From Candidatus Eiseniibacteriota bacterium (GTDB lineage: Bacteria; Eisenbacteria; RBG-16-71-46): a stretch of 64,000 nt of DNA. Made by a program: the position numbers and the translations under genes. Below, piece by piece: positions 8,346 to 19,202 of this stretch. Within the stretch, counting starts at the first letter, position 1. Each line of letters starts with the position of its first letter. The notes beneath the pieces are model-generated. The model was not told where the DNA came from. It was given only the letters and a program-made list of their open reading frames with translations, and ran no database searches. Where the stretch lies: positions 96,001 through 160,000 of the forward strand of contig JBGPFC010000003.1 of assembly GCA_041483195.1 (NCBI GenBank). The letters are read 5' to 3'.

Positions 8346-8906
8346 CTACTTCGGCCACAGCCATCCGAACGTTCCGGCCGTGAGCAACCCGTACACGAGG
8401 CCGTCGAACAGGTACTTGAAGGTGGTCCCCCACGAGCGCCCGTACCAGATCGAGTCGTGGCAGAGGGCGAGCGAGTATCCGAGGAACGCGGTGCAGCCCG
8501 CGTAGCGGAACACCAGCAGATACTGGGTTCCCGGGCCCACCGCGCGCCCGGTCACGTAGGCCGCGAAGACGCCGACCACGAGCGAGTAGATGAACCACTG
8601 CACGAGGCTCTTGCCCATCGCGGGCGGACCGCTCGGCAGCACGGTAATGATGCCGACCGGCCCCTTGTTCCGCTTCTCGGCCCACGCGGGGTCCTTCATC
8701 TCCTTCGGGCTCGCGCAGAAGGGGAACATGTAGTCGCCGGGAGGGATATTGAACTTGCGCAGGGCCTCCAGGGCCTCGGCTTCCGACGGCAGCTTCTTCA
8801 TGTCGCCGCGGTGGAAGGGAAGCAACATGTGGAAGACGAAGCTCATGAAGAACACGATCACCGCAGCCAGCACGATCGGCAGCCACAGCGACATCACGGG
8901 AACCAT
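8346..8906 (-). CDS. Hypothetical integral membrane protein
   Basis: CAGGAGG RBS before ATG at 8906; about four hydrophobic segments; no recognised catalytic motif. Confidence 0.75.
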   Translation of the reverse strand: MVPVMSLWLPIVLAAVIVFFMSFVFHMLLPFHRGDMKKLPSEAEALEALRKFNIPPGDYMFPFCASPKEMKDPAWAEKRNKGPVGIITVLPSGPPAMGKSLVQWFIYSLVVGVFAAYVTGRAVGPGTQYLLVFRYAGCTAFLGYSLALCHDSIWYGRSWGTTFKYLFDGLVYGLLTAGTFGWLWPK

Positions 8907-9046
8907 CGCGACCTCCTGGTGATGGGAACGGGCCTCCTGGCGGAATCGGGCTCGGACCGCACTCGGCATTCTGTCCGGGATCGAGCGCGACCGCCAGTGA
9001 CGATTTCGAGGGCCGGGGAGAGCCGCTCGCGGGGCGTGCGGCCCGG

Positions 9047-9601
9047 TCAGCCGGCCGGCGACGAAAATCCGTACCGGGCCGACAGGCGCGAGACGGTGTT
9101 GGCGCCTCTAATCGTGGCGCGGACCTTCAGCGTCCTTTCGAGCACCGCGTTGGAAAACGTGGACTCGCTCGGCTTCTTCTCGCGCAGCCAGTAGATCTCG
9201 CGGCCGTGCACGTGAAAGTCGTCGATGTCGGTCCTGAGGGCCATCAGGCCCCTGACGCCGGCGGCGCCCGGCGGCTCCGCGAGGAATGCGATGTTGAGGG
9301 CGCCGGCCGCCTGCAGCCGCGAGGCCGCGAAGGGCGGGTACGATGCGACCGCCGCCACCTCTGCCCCGGTGCGGATGAAAGTCTTGACCTCGTAACCCAG
9401 CGCGTCCTCGAGCCGCGCCTCGATCTTCGCTTCGAGGCCCCGCACGCCCCCGGCGCGCGAGGTGAAGATCACGTTGCCGCTCGCGATGAACGTCTCGACG
9501 TCCTTGAAACCCAGCCCGTCGAAGAGCCCGTGGAGTCTTTCCATCGTGACGGTGTGGCCGCCCACGTTGATGGCACGAAGAAACGCGACGAGCCTGCTCA
9601 T
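9047..9601 (-). CDS. DUF1697-family protein
   Basis: Signature VAFLRAINVGG...VETFIASGNV. Start could also be 9610. Confidence 0.85.
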   Translation of the reverse strand: MSRLVAFLRAINVGGHTVTMERLHGLFDGLGFKDVETFIASGNVIFTSRAGGVRGLEAKIEARLEDALGYEVKTFIRTGAEVAAVASYPPFAASRLQAAGALNIAFLAEPPGAAGVRGLMALRTDIDDFHVHGREIYWLREKKPSESTFSNAVLERTLKVRATIRGANTVSRLSARYGFSSPAG

Positions 9602-9629
9602 CGGCGCCATCCGATGTGAATCGGGCGCG

Positions 9630-10661
9630 TCATCGAGTTTCTCGCGCCGCGGGGTTCGCCGGCGGACGGCCTCGTTCGAGCGCCAGGACACGGGTGACCA
9701 GCGCCCTGACCGCCGCCTGTGCCTCGCGGTGCGCGGCCGCGTCGTACGCGACGGTAGCGCCGAGATCCGCGCACGCATCGCCGTAGCTGAATGGCTGCCG
9801 GGTCTCGCTGTTGATGATCAGGCCATCCTCGCCTTCCTCGAGCCGGCATCGCTTCATCACCTGCGCGTGCGGCAGCCGGAGCGGCGTCTTCAAGGCGGCG
9901 TAGTCGAAGATGTGACCCGCGCCCGCGTACTCGGTGAGCCGGGCATCCTTCCCGGCTCCGCGCAGCCGCTCCACGTACTCCCGGCACGGCGCGACCGCCA
10001 CGAAGTCGTCGGTTCCGCCCTGGAAGATTCGAATCGGCGTGTCCACCACGTCCTCGTCCGCGCGATACCTCATGTTGCATGGCGAATACAACACGATGTG
10101 CGCCGCGAATTCCAGGCCCGGGGCCGCGAGGTACATTCGCCGGAAGCGCCTCATGCTCGAATGGAGAGCGGCCTGCCCGCCACGGGAGAAACCCATCACG
10201 GCGATCCGCGACGAATCCAGGCCCGGGTGCCTCGCAAGCAGCTCGAGCGCGCGGTACGCGTCGATGATCATGGCCAGCCGGCCGAGCCTCGACTGATCGT
10301 TCACGGTGTTGACGATCCCCCGCCCCGTGAAGCTGTCGACCAGCAGGGTCGCCACTCCCATGTCGTTCAGCATTCGCACCCATCCGTCCTCCCTTCCCGA
10401 CGCTCCGCTCGAGCCGTGGAGGAGGACGACCGCCGGCAGGCGCCCGGCTTCGGACCCGGGAATGCGCAGCTCGCCCGCGAGCGTGACGGGTGCTCCCTCG
10501 CCACGCCCGGTGAGGAATTCCTGATCGGTCAGGGTCACCGACTGAATCGTGTGCAGCTCGATCCTCGTGCCCTGCCCGATGCCGGGCTGCGGGACCAGAG
10601 CCATCAGGAGCGGCGCGGCCCAGGCGAGCAACGTTCGGAGCGTGTCGCGTTGAACCCGCAT
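9630..10661 (-). CDS. Secreted dienelactone hydrolase-family alpha/beta hydrolase
   Basis: Signal-like N-terminus; VVLLHGS, nucleophile elbow GFSRGG, GGTDD, GAGHIFD. Confidence 0.85.
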   Translation of the reverse strand: MRVQRDTLRTLLAWAAPLLMALVPQPGIGQGTRIELHTIQSVTLTDQEFLTGRGEGAPVTLAGELRIPGSEAGRLPAVVLLHGSSGASGREDGWVRMLNDMGVATLLVDSFTGRGIVNTVNDQSRLGRLAMIIDAYRALELLARHPGLDSSRIAVMGFSRGGQAALHSSMRRFRRMYLAAPGLEFAAHIVLYSPCNMRYRADEDVVDTPIRIFQGGTDDFVAVAPCREYVERLRGAGKDARLTEYAGAGHIFDYAALKTPLRLPHAQVMKRCRLEEGEDGLIINSETRQPFSYGDACADLGATVAYDAAAHREAQAAVRALVTRVLALERGRPPANPAARETR

Positions 10662-10671
10662 CGGCGTGCCC

Positions 10672-12159
<1,488 letters not shown>

Positions 12160-12243
12160 GTCGACCTCCGGGGTGCGATCGTGCGACAGGGCGCCCGCGT
12201 GCCGACTGCCGCGTGGGCGCCCCGTCGATGAATGCCCTGCTCG

Positions 12244-12642
12244 TTACTTCTTTTCCATCGATTCGTGGATCTTCTTGAGGTCCTCTGCAGTGAACTTGGA
12301 CACCATCGTCGCCTTCGCCTTGTCACGGACCGCGGCGGGAACGATCTCGAGCGCCTCTTTGTCGCTGGCCGCGGTGACCATCGCGTAGCCGGTGTGATCG
12401 CCGGACTTGCAGCCGAAGTCGAACTTGGACAGCGTGCCCGCCGCCGAGGTCGCGTCGAGCACCGTCATGCACTCCTCAGCGGTGTGCGGCGAGACCACCA
12501 GGTAGTGGTGCATCGCCGGCTTCGCCGCGGCGTGAGCCGCCTTCCCGGCTGGTTTCGCCGTGTCCGAACCGAATGCGAGCGCGAACGAGAGCGCGGCAGC
12601 CAGGATTCCGACCAGCAGAACCGGTACGAACCGCCTGTTCAT
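12244..12642 (-). CDS. Small secreted hypothetical protein with His/Cys cluster
   Basis: GAGGAGG RBS; signal peptide; Ala/Lys linker; SPHTAEEC...GCKSGDH. Confidence 0.75.
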   Translation of the reverse strand: MNRRFVPVLLVGILAAALSFALAFGSDTAKPAGKAAHAAAKPAMHHYLVVSPHTAEECMTVLDATSAAGTLSKFDFGCKSGDHTGYAMVTAASDKEALEIVPAAVRDKAKATMVSKFTAEDLKKIHESMEKK

Positions 12643-12690
12643 TTGATCCTCCTCATGGTGAGAATCGGGCTTTCCCCGCGGCCGGCCGGA

Positions 12691-12719
12691 AATCTACGCC
12701 GGGCTCGAGGGGCGTGCAA
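12691..12719 (-). promoter_or_regulatory. Sigma70-type promoter TTGCAC-N17-TAGATT
   Basis: Exact 17-nt spacing, about 50 nt upstream of the ATG at 12642. Confidence 0.55.
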
Positions 12720-12722
12720 CCG

Positions 12723-12941
12723 TCACGCCGGCGGCTTGCGACTCCCGGCGAAGAAGAGCGCGGCCCCGGCGAGAACGACCAGGCCCGAGAGGATGGGCGG
12801 AATCGCGACCTGCTTCTTCTCGGTGACGTTCATCTTGAAGTCGCCGAATTGCGCGACGTTCTCGGTCTTCTTGTACGAGATGCCGCCGAACAGCAGCGCA
12901 GCCAGGCCCAGCACCACGAGCAAAGCGCCGACGATCCTCAT
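12723..12941 (-). CDS. Small two-TM membrane protein (DUF3185-like)
   Basis: 72 aa: TM, then GGISYKKTENVAQFG...EKKQVAIPP, then TM. GGAG RBS. Confidence 0.75.
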   Translation of the reverse strand: MRIVGALLVVLGLAALLFGGISYKKTENVAQFGDFKMNVTEKKQVAIPPILSGLVVLAGAALFFAGSRKPPA

Positions 12942-13005
12942 GGAGTTCTCCAGGTCACGATCCGAGGCGAATGGCGACGCCGCATCGCGGTCGCACGGCC
13001 ATCGT

Positions 13006-14211
13006 TCAGACGGCGCCGCCGAAGCGCGCGAGATAGTCCAGCATCGCGTGTTCGAGCCCGACGTCGTGCTGAGCGCGCTCGGAGAGATACCATTTGTGCT
13101 CGAGCACCTGGCAATAAATTTCGGGCGGGTCGCCGGTCCGGCCGGCGAGCGGGGCGAGCGTCTGGAGCGCCGGCTGGAATCGCTCGTGCATCCAGCGGAA
13201 CGCGGCGACCGTGAGCGAGACTTCGCGTTGCTGCTCGCGAGAGAGCGTGGCGCGCAGCTCGCGGATCTCGTTCAGCATCAGCTCCGCCTGTCGCTCGCCG
13301 GCCACGATCCCGGTGATGTTGTGCAGCTGATGCCGGTGGTAATCGCGATCGGTGACGATGGTCCGCATGCGCAGGCGGTTCTTCTCGCCGGTCGCCACCA
13401 GCTCGACCTCCCCCACCGAGAATCCGAGCGCGTTGAGGGCGCGGATGCGCTCGTGGATGCGGTAGGTTTCCCCGGGGCTCAGCTCTTCGACGCGCGAGAT
13501 CTCGTCCCACAGGCGCTCGTAGCGCTCGCGCACCTGGCGCCCGAGGCTTCCGTTCGAGGCCCCCGTCATCGGCGCCGACCTGGCGGGGAATGCCGAAGTC
13601 TCCCCCGCGAGATTCTCTTCCATGATCAGCAGCTCCTGCCGGCGCTGACCCTCGCCGAGCGCCTCGCCGAGCGAGGACGTCTCGGCGTCAACGAGGAACG
13701 CCTGGAGCTCGCCCGCGTCGCGGCGGAACAGCGTGTTCGAGAGCGAGCAGTCTCCCCAGTAGAAGCCGGCGAGGTGCAGCCTTACGAGCAGGACCGCCAC
13801 CGCGTCGAGCAGGCGCTCGCGGTAGCGTTCGAGTCCGGGATTCTGGAACAGCGTGCGGTAGGGCAGCGAGCCCGCGAGGTGGCGCGTGACGAGCGCGCTC
13901 AGCTCCTCGCCGCGTTCGGTGCGGAATCGAACGTGACCCACCGGCGTCACCGCCGGCAGCCGCCGATCCTCGAGGCGCATCAACAGGCCGAACTCGCGCT
14001 CCGCGATGCCGCGCGGCATTTCCTTCACGGCGTAGATGGCGTCGTCGTAGCCCGCGAACACCACCTCGTGGCGGGAGAGTCCGCGCTCGACCTCGACCCG
14101 CCGCTCGCAGCGGCCATCCCATTCCGCGAGCGGAAGGTGCCACGGCAGGTCGAGAAACGCGGGGTAGCCGAGGCGGATGTCCGAGGAGATCAGGCCGTGA
14201 GCGTCACTCAC
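13006..14211 (-). CDS. DUF4032-family protein (kinase-like fold)
   Basis: C-terminal part of ORF 13006..15336. LDLPWHLPL, RGLSRH, AVKE, LHLAGFYWGDCSLSNTLFRRDAG, LVDAET, LEHKWYLSE. GTG start at 14211 is inferred. Confidence 0.88.
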   Translation of the reverse strand: MSDAHGLISSDIRLGYPAFLDLPWHLPLAEWDGRCERRVEVERGLSRHEVVFAGYDDAIYAVKEMPRGIAEREFGLLMRLEDRRLPAVTPVGHVRFRTERGEELSALVTRHLAGSLPYRTLFQNPGLERYRERLLDAVAVLLVRLHLAGFYWGDCSLSNTLFRRDAGELQAFLVDAETSSLGEALGEGQRRQELLIMEENLAGETSAFPARSAPMTGASNGSLGRQVRERYERLWDEISRVEELSPGETYRIHERIRALNALGFSVGEVELVATGEKNRLRMRTIVTDRDYHRHQLHNITGIVAGERQAELMLNEIRELRATLSREQQREVSLTVAAFRWMHERFQPALQTLAPLAGRTGDPPEIYCQVLEHKWYLSERAQHDVGLEHAMLDYLARFGGAV

Positions 14212-14315
14212 GGAGCGCCCGGCATCGCGCGACGAAAATCGAGGCGCCGAGCCGCAGGCCACGCGGCGTACTTCGCCAGCATGCCCGAGGTACGCTGGGG
14301 GGTGCCCCGGCCCAT
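14208..14315 (-). CDS. Candidate 35-aa leader ORF translationally coupled to the DUF4032 gene
   Basis: GGAGGA lies 5 nt before ATG at 14315; its TGA overlaps the DUF4032 GTG (GTGA). Confidence 0.3.
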   Translation of the reverse strand: MGRGTPQRTSGMLAKYAAWPAARRLDFRRAMPGAP

Positions 14316-14420
14316 CACATTCCTCCACGGGGGCGCGGTGCGCCCACTCGTTACGGGACGCAACGTACACCCGTGGAGTACGAATGACACGCACGATCTT
14401 GGCCGGGCGCGAGCGCGGCG

Positions 14421-15470
14421 CTACTCGTGAATCGGGCGCACCCCGCGGGCCGCGAGCCCGTCGAGGACGAAGCGGTGGCAGCGCGCATCGCGTGCGACGC
14501 GCTCGAGGGGGAGTACGCCGGTCTCCTTCAAGCCACCCTCCGCCACCAGCTGCGCCACCACCGAGCAGGTGAGCGCCGTGGTGCGTGACATGGCGGTGAG
14601 CCCCGAGGCGGGATCGTGCCGGCTCACCAGCGTCACGCGTTGCGAGGTCTTTCCGCGCCGCATGTCCACCCGCAGGACCACGAGATCCTGAGGCAAATCC
14701 ACGATGCAACGCTCGCGAAACTCCTCGAGAAAGCGGCCGGCGGCCACCAGCGGACGCACCGCGGCGGCGTGCCCGGGCCAGCGCAGCGTCATCTCGGACA
14801 TGTTGCGCACGTCGGGCAACGTGTCGATCAGCGTGCGAAGCCCGTCGCTGAAGAACGCCTCCAGCTCGCCGACGCCGTCCACGTGGAGCCGCTCGAGGCC
14901 GCTGAACACCGGCACCGTGGTGGGATTTCCGTCCACGACGATTCGGGCGGGCCGCGTGTACTCCTCGAGCAGATCTTCGAGCGACCAGGTCACCACGTAG
15001 CCGTAGGGCCTCGATGCGTCCTCGGCCACCCCGCCGACGCGGATGACGATGGAATCCACCGGCCCGTCGGCCACTGCCCGGCCCGCGATCAGGTTCGAGA
15101 TGCCGGGGGCGAGTCCGCAATCGGGAACGATCGCCACCCCCGACGCGCGCGCTTCGGCATCGAGCGCGAGCGCGTCCTCCGCGCAGAACGAGAGATCGAC
15201 CAGCGGCCGGCGCGCCTCGATCGCGGCGCGCATCGCGCGGAATCCGAGCCGCGCGGGCAGCGCCCCGACCGCCATGTCGTGCGCGGCGATCGACCGCGTC
15301 ATCGCCGCCCCGTCCGCGAGGTCCGCCTCGACCCACGCGAGATTGGACAGCTCGGGCAGCGCGGGCCGGCGCAGGTCGGCCACCTCGATGCGCGCGGCCG
15401 GCATCGATCGCGCGAGATCGGCGGCCACCGTTCGCCCCTGCGCGCCGCCGCCCAGCACGAGGATGTTCAT
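14421..15470 (-). CDS. Saccharopine dehydrogenase / lysine 6-dehydrogenase-like NAD(P)-dependent oxidoreductase
   Basis: LVLGGGAQG Rossmann motif, VDLSF, PDCGLAPGISN, YVVTWS, DGLRTL, TLRWPGH, AMSRTT. Confidence 0.85.
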   Translation of the reverse strand: MNILVLGGGAQGRTVAADLARSMPAARIEVADLRRPALPELSNLAWVEADLADGAAMTRSIAAHDMAVGALPARLGFRAMRAAIEARRPLVDLSFCAEDALALDAEARASGVAIVPDCGLAPGISNLIAGRAVADGPVDSIVIRVGGVAEDASRPYGYVVTWSLEDLLEEYTRPARIVVDGNPTTVPVFSGLERLHVDGVGELEAFFSDGLRTLIDTLPDVRNMSEMTLRWPGHAAAVRPLVAAGRFLEEFRERCIVDLPQDLVVLRVDMRRGKTSQRVTLVSRHDPASGLTAMSRTTALTCSVVAQLVAEGGLKETGVLPLERVARDARCHRFVLDGLAARGVRPIHE

Positions 15471-15495
15471 GGGAGCGCGGGGACCGGGCGGCTGG

Positions 15496-16869
15496 CTACG
15501 GTTCGTGGTGCGCGGCCTTCGCCGCGACGCCGGGTGGATCGTGGAGCCCGCCGGGAACGTAGGCGGTGCCCTTCGCGATGCGATCGTTCCACGACTCGAA
15601 CGGCGCGCCGTTGGTGACGTCCGTCATCGTGATGCAGCCCGCCACCGGGCACACGGCCGCGCACAGGTTGCAGCCGATGCACTCGGTCTCGTCCACCCAC
15701 ACGACGTGCGCGTGCTTCGCCAGGCCCGCGGCCACCGCGGCGTCGCGGGTCGGCGCGAGATGGCCGGGCTTGAGCGCGTGGTCGCCGTCGTGGATGCAGT
15801 GCACCGCCGTGTCGCGGCACGCGACGATGCACAGCTCGCAGCCGATGCACTTCGCGGGGTCGACCCGGGCGATCACCTTGTAGTTGAGGTCGAGATCGCC
15901 CCAGTCCACGAACGCGGGCAGCGCCTTGCCGCGCAGCTCGCTCACCGATTTCATACCCTTCGAATCGAGGTAGTTGTTGAGGCCGTCGATCATGTCCTCG
16001 ACGATGCGGAAGCCGTAGTGCATGGCGGCGGTGCAGACCTGCACGCTGGTCGCGCCCAGCGCGATGAACTCCGCGGCGTCGCGCCAGGTCGCGATGCCGC
16101 CGATGCCCGAGATCGGCACCGTGATGCGCGGGTCGCGCCCGAGCGCCGCCACCATGTGAAGCGCGATCGGCTTGACCGCCGGCCCGCAGTAGCCGCCGTT
16201 GGTGGAGCGACTCCCGACCACCGGGTAGGGCACGAAGCGATCGAGATCGACTCCGACCAGGCTCTTGATGGTGTTGATCAGCGAGAGCCCGTGCACGCCC
16301 GCCTCGACCGCCGGCACGCCGGCTTCGAGAATGTCGCCGATGTTGGGCGTGAGCTTCACCAGCACCGGGATGCTCGAGAACTCGACCGCCCACCCCGCGA
16401 CCACCTTGAGCACCTCCGGCTCGGATCCCACCGCCGATCCCATGCCGCGCTCGCACATGCCGTGCGGACAGCCGAAGTTCAGCTCGATGCCGTCGGCGCC
16501 GGTGTCGACGGTGCGCTTGATGATCTCGCGCCAGTCGTCCTTCGACTCCACCATGAGCGAGACGATGACCGCGCGGTCCGGGTACTTGCGCTTGACCTCG
16601 CGGATCTCGCGCAGGTTCACATCGAGCGGCCGGTCGGTGATGAGCTCGATGTTGTTGAAGCCCACCATGCGGCTGTTCCCGACGTCGATCGAGCCGAAGC
16701 GGCTCGAGGTGTTGACGATCGGATCGCCGAGCGTCTTCCACACCGCGCCGCCCCAGCCCATGTCGAACGCGCGCATCACCTGCTCGCCCGAGTTGGTGGG
16801 GGGCGCGCTCGCCAGCCAGAATGGGTTGGGGCTCTTGATGCCCGCGAAGTCGATCGACAGGTCTGCCAT
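15496..16869 (-). CDS. preA: Dihydropyrimidine dehydrogenase subunit PreA
   Basis: NPFWLASAPPT, GWGGAVWKT, NNIELI, ELNFGCPHGMCERGMG, KLTPN, GGYCGPAVKPIAL, two C-terminal 4Fe-4S motifs. GAGGAG RBS. Confidence 0.95.
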   Translation of the reverse strand: MADLSIDFAGIKSPNPFWLASAPPTNSGEQVMRAFDMGWGGAVWKTLGDPIVNTSSRFGSIDVGNSRMVGFNNIELITDRPLDVNLREIREVKRKYPDRAVIVSLMVESKDDWREIIKRTVDTGADGIELNFGCPHGMCERGMGSAVGSEPEVLKVVAGWAVEFSSIPVLVKLTPNIGDILEAGVPAVEAGVHGLSLINTIKSLVGVDLDRFVPYPVVGSRSTNGGYCGPAVKPIALHMVAALGRDPRITVPISGIGGIATWRDAAEFIALGATSVQVCTAAMHYGFRIVEDMIDGLNNYLDSKGMKSVSELRGKALPAFVDWGDLDLNYKVIARVDPAKCIGCELCIVACRDTAVHCIHDGDHALKPGHLAPTRDAAVAAGLAKHAHVVWVDETECIGCNLCAAVCPVAGCITMTDVTNGAPFESWNDRIAKGTAYVPGGLHDPPGVAAKAAHHEP

Positions 16870-17144
16870 GAGGCTCCTCGTGGACCGTCCCATTCGGGAT
16901 CGGGCATGACGGGCGGCTCACGGGCCGCGCGCGGCGCGAACGCGGCGATAGTAGCACCGGTGCGCGCGCCGTGGCACGGACCGAACGCCGGGCCGGAGCC
17001 ATGGGCCACCCCGCGCGGCGCGATCCCCCGCTCGGTGGCCCATTTGCCCGCACTCGTCGTTTTCCGGCACCGGCGCGGCGCCCGGCGCGGCTAGCCTCCC
17101 ACCTGCTACCCATCCGTCGCCCACATTCACCCCCGAGGACTCCG

Positions 17145-19202
17145 ATGAACACGCGCTTCCTGATGGCCGCCGTGCTCGCGCTCGTGCTCGCGGCATCGAC
17201 CGCAATCGCACAGACGCCGGGCCCGAATCCCAAGTTCATGGACACCACCTGCCAGCCGTGCAAGGACTTCTACCGCTACGCCAACGGCGCGTGGATGGAC
17301 ACCGCCAGCATTCCGCCCTCGTACAACGGCATCGGCGCCGGGCGCGAGATCGCGGATCGCAATCAGGAGGTGCTGCACCAGGTTCTCGATCAGACCGCGG
17401 CGGGCGCCGCGACCGAGAAGGATCCGACCATCAAGAAGCTCGGCATCTTCTACTCGGTGCTGATGGATTCGGCGCGCGCCGACCGCGAGGGCGCGGCCCC
17501 GCTCGCCGCGGAGCTCAAGCGCATCGAAGCGATCAAGACGCGCGAGGATCTGCGCGCCGCCTTCGCGCGCACGGGGTTCAACGGGGTGGGCGGAGGATTC
17601 GGCGGCGCCGGCACGCCGTTCCACATCGGACCCGAAGCCGACCCCGGTCAGAGCACCATGAACATCGGCCAGCTCTTCCAGGGCGGGCTCGGATTGCCCG
17701 AGCGCGACTACTACTTCCGCAAGGACCCCAAGTCCGATTCGCTGCGGCGCGAGTACGTCGCGCACGCGACGCGCACCCTCCAGCTGCTGGGCGATGCGCC
17801 GGCGGCGGCGGCGGCGAGCGCCGACGCGATCTTGAAGCTCGAGACCGCGCTCGCGGAATCCTCGATGCGGCGGGTGGAGATGCGGGACCCGCACGCGCTC
17901 TACCACAAGATGTCGGTCAAGGAGCTGGGCGCGATCTGCCCCGCGGTGGACTGGCCGGCCTACTTCGACGAGATCGGCGTTCCGGCGCTCGACGGTCCCA
18001 CCGCGATGGTGGACGTATCGCAGCCGGCGTTCATGCGGCAGGTGAGCCACCTGATCGAGACCACGCCGCTCGAGACCTGGCGCGCCTACCTTCGATTCCA
18101 CACCGCCCGCACGGCGTCCCAATGGCTGAGCCAGCCCTTCTTCGACGAGTCGTTCACGTTCCTGTCCAAGCTCACCGGCCAGAAGACCGCCCAGCCGCGC
18201 TGGAAGCGCGCGTCGGGAGCCGTGGACCGCGCGATGGGCGAGGCGCTGGGCAAGGCCTACGTCGCGCGCGCGTTCCCCCCGGCTTCGAAGGCGCGCATGG
18301 TCGAGCTCGTGAACAATCTCCAGGCCACGCTCCACGAGCGCATCGACTCGCGCACCTGGATGAGCGCGGCCACCAAGAAGCAGGCGGACATCAAGCTCGC
18401 CGCGGTGCTCAAGAAGATCGGCTACCCCGACACGTGGCGCGACTACACGAAGCTCGAGATCGACGCTTCGGCCTCCGGCGCCGAGCTGCTCCGCCGTGGG
18501 CTCGAATTCGAGCAGAAGCGCCAGCTCGCGCAGATCGGCAAGCCGGTCGATCGCATGGAGTGGGGCATGTCGCCGCCCACCGTGAACGCGTACTACAACC
18601 CGTCGATCAACGAGATCGTCTTCCCCGCCGGCATCCTGCAGCCGCCGCAGTTCGATCCGCGCGCGGACGACGCCGTGAACTACGGCGCGATCGGCATGGT
18701 CATCGGGCACGAGATGACGCACGGCTTCGACGACGAGGGACGGCAGTACGACTCGGTGGGGAACCTGAAAGACTGGTGGACCGACGAGGACGCGAAGAAG
18801 TTCACGGAGAAGGCGCAGCGCGTGGTCGACCAGTTCAACGGCTACGTCGCGACCGACACGCTGCACGTGAACGGCAAGCTCACGCTCGGCGAGAACATCG
18901 CCGACCTGGGCGGCATCACGATCGCCTACTACGCCTACCAGCGCTCGCTCCACGGCAACCCCGCCCCCGTCATCGGCGGGCTCACCGGCGACCAGCGCTT
19001 CTTCCTCGGCTACGCGCAGGGGTGGCGCCGCAAGCTGCGGCCCGAGCTGCTGCGGCTCGCCACGCTCGGCGACGAGCATTCGCCCGCGGAATGGCGCGTG
19101 GACGGCCCGCTCTCGAACATGAAGGAGTTCGCGAAGGCCTTCGGGTGCAAGGCCGGCGACGCGATGGTGCGTGACGAGGACGTGCGCGCCGAGATCTGGT
19201 GA
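17145..19202 (+). CDS. Secreted M13 (neprilysin/PepO-like) zinc metallopeptidase
   Basis: Signal peptide; PCKDFYRYANG, VNAYY, HEMTH, GENIAD, HSP. Confidence 0.95.
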   Translation: MNTRFLMAAVLALVLAASTAIAQTPGPNPKFMDTTCQPCKDFYRYANGAWMDTASIPPSYNGIGAGREIADRNQEVLHQVLDQTAAGAATEKDPTIKKLGIFYSVLMDSARADREGAAPLAAELKRIEAIKTREDLRAAFARTGFNGVGGGFGGAGTPFHIGPEADPGQSTMNIGQLFQGGLGLPERDYYFRKDPKSDSLRREYVAHATRTLQLLGDAPAAAAASADAILKLETALAESSMRRVEMRDPHALYHKMSVKELGAICPAVDWPAYFDEIGVPALDGPTAMVDVSQPAFMRQVSHLIETTPLETWRAYLRFHTARTASQWLSQPFFDESFTFLSKLTGQKTAQPRWKRASGAVDRAMGEALGKAYVARAFPPASKARMVELVNNLQATLHERIDSRTWMSAATKKQADIKLAAVLKKIGYPDTWRDYTKLEIDASASGAELLRRGLEFEQKRQLAQIGKPVDRMEWGMSPPTVNAYYNPSINEIVFPAGILQPPQFDPRADDAVNYGAIGMVIGHEMTHGFDDEGRQYDSVGNLKDWWTDEDAKKFTEKAQRVVDQFNGYVATDTLHVNGKLTLGENIADLGGITIAYYAYQRSLHGNPAPVIGGLTGDQRFFLGYAQGWRRKLRPELLRLATLGDEHSPAEWRVDGPLSNMKEFAKAFGCKAGDAMVRDEDVRAEIW

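Noticed and set aside
8346..10661. Possible mobile island (three genes that look compositionally different)
   Set aside because: No integrase, transposase, terminal repeats or target duplications are visible, and the compositional impression was not quantified.
13006..15336. Apparent long fusion proteins (13006..15336, 45711..49661, 374..2110, 6065..8230, 56610..59030, 52025..54754)
   Set aside because: The N-terminal extensions are stop-free off-frame readings of the upstream gene. The real starts lie downstream, mostly at ATGA/GTGA/TGATG overlaps.
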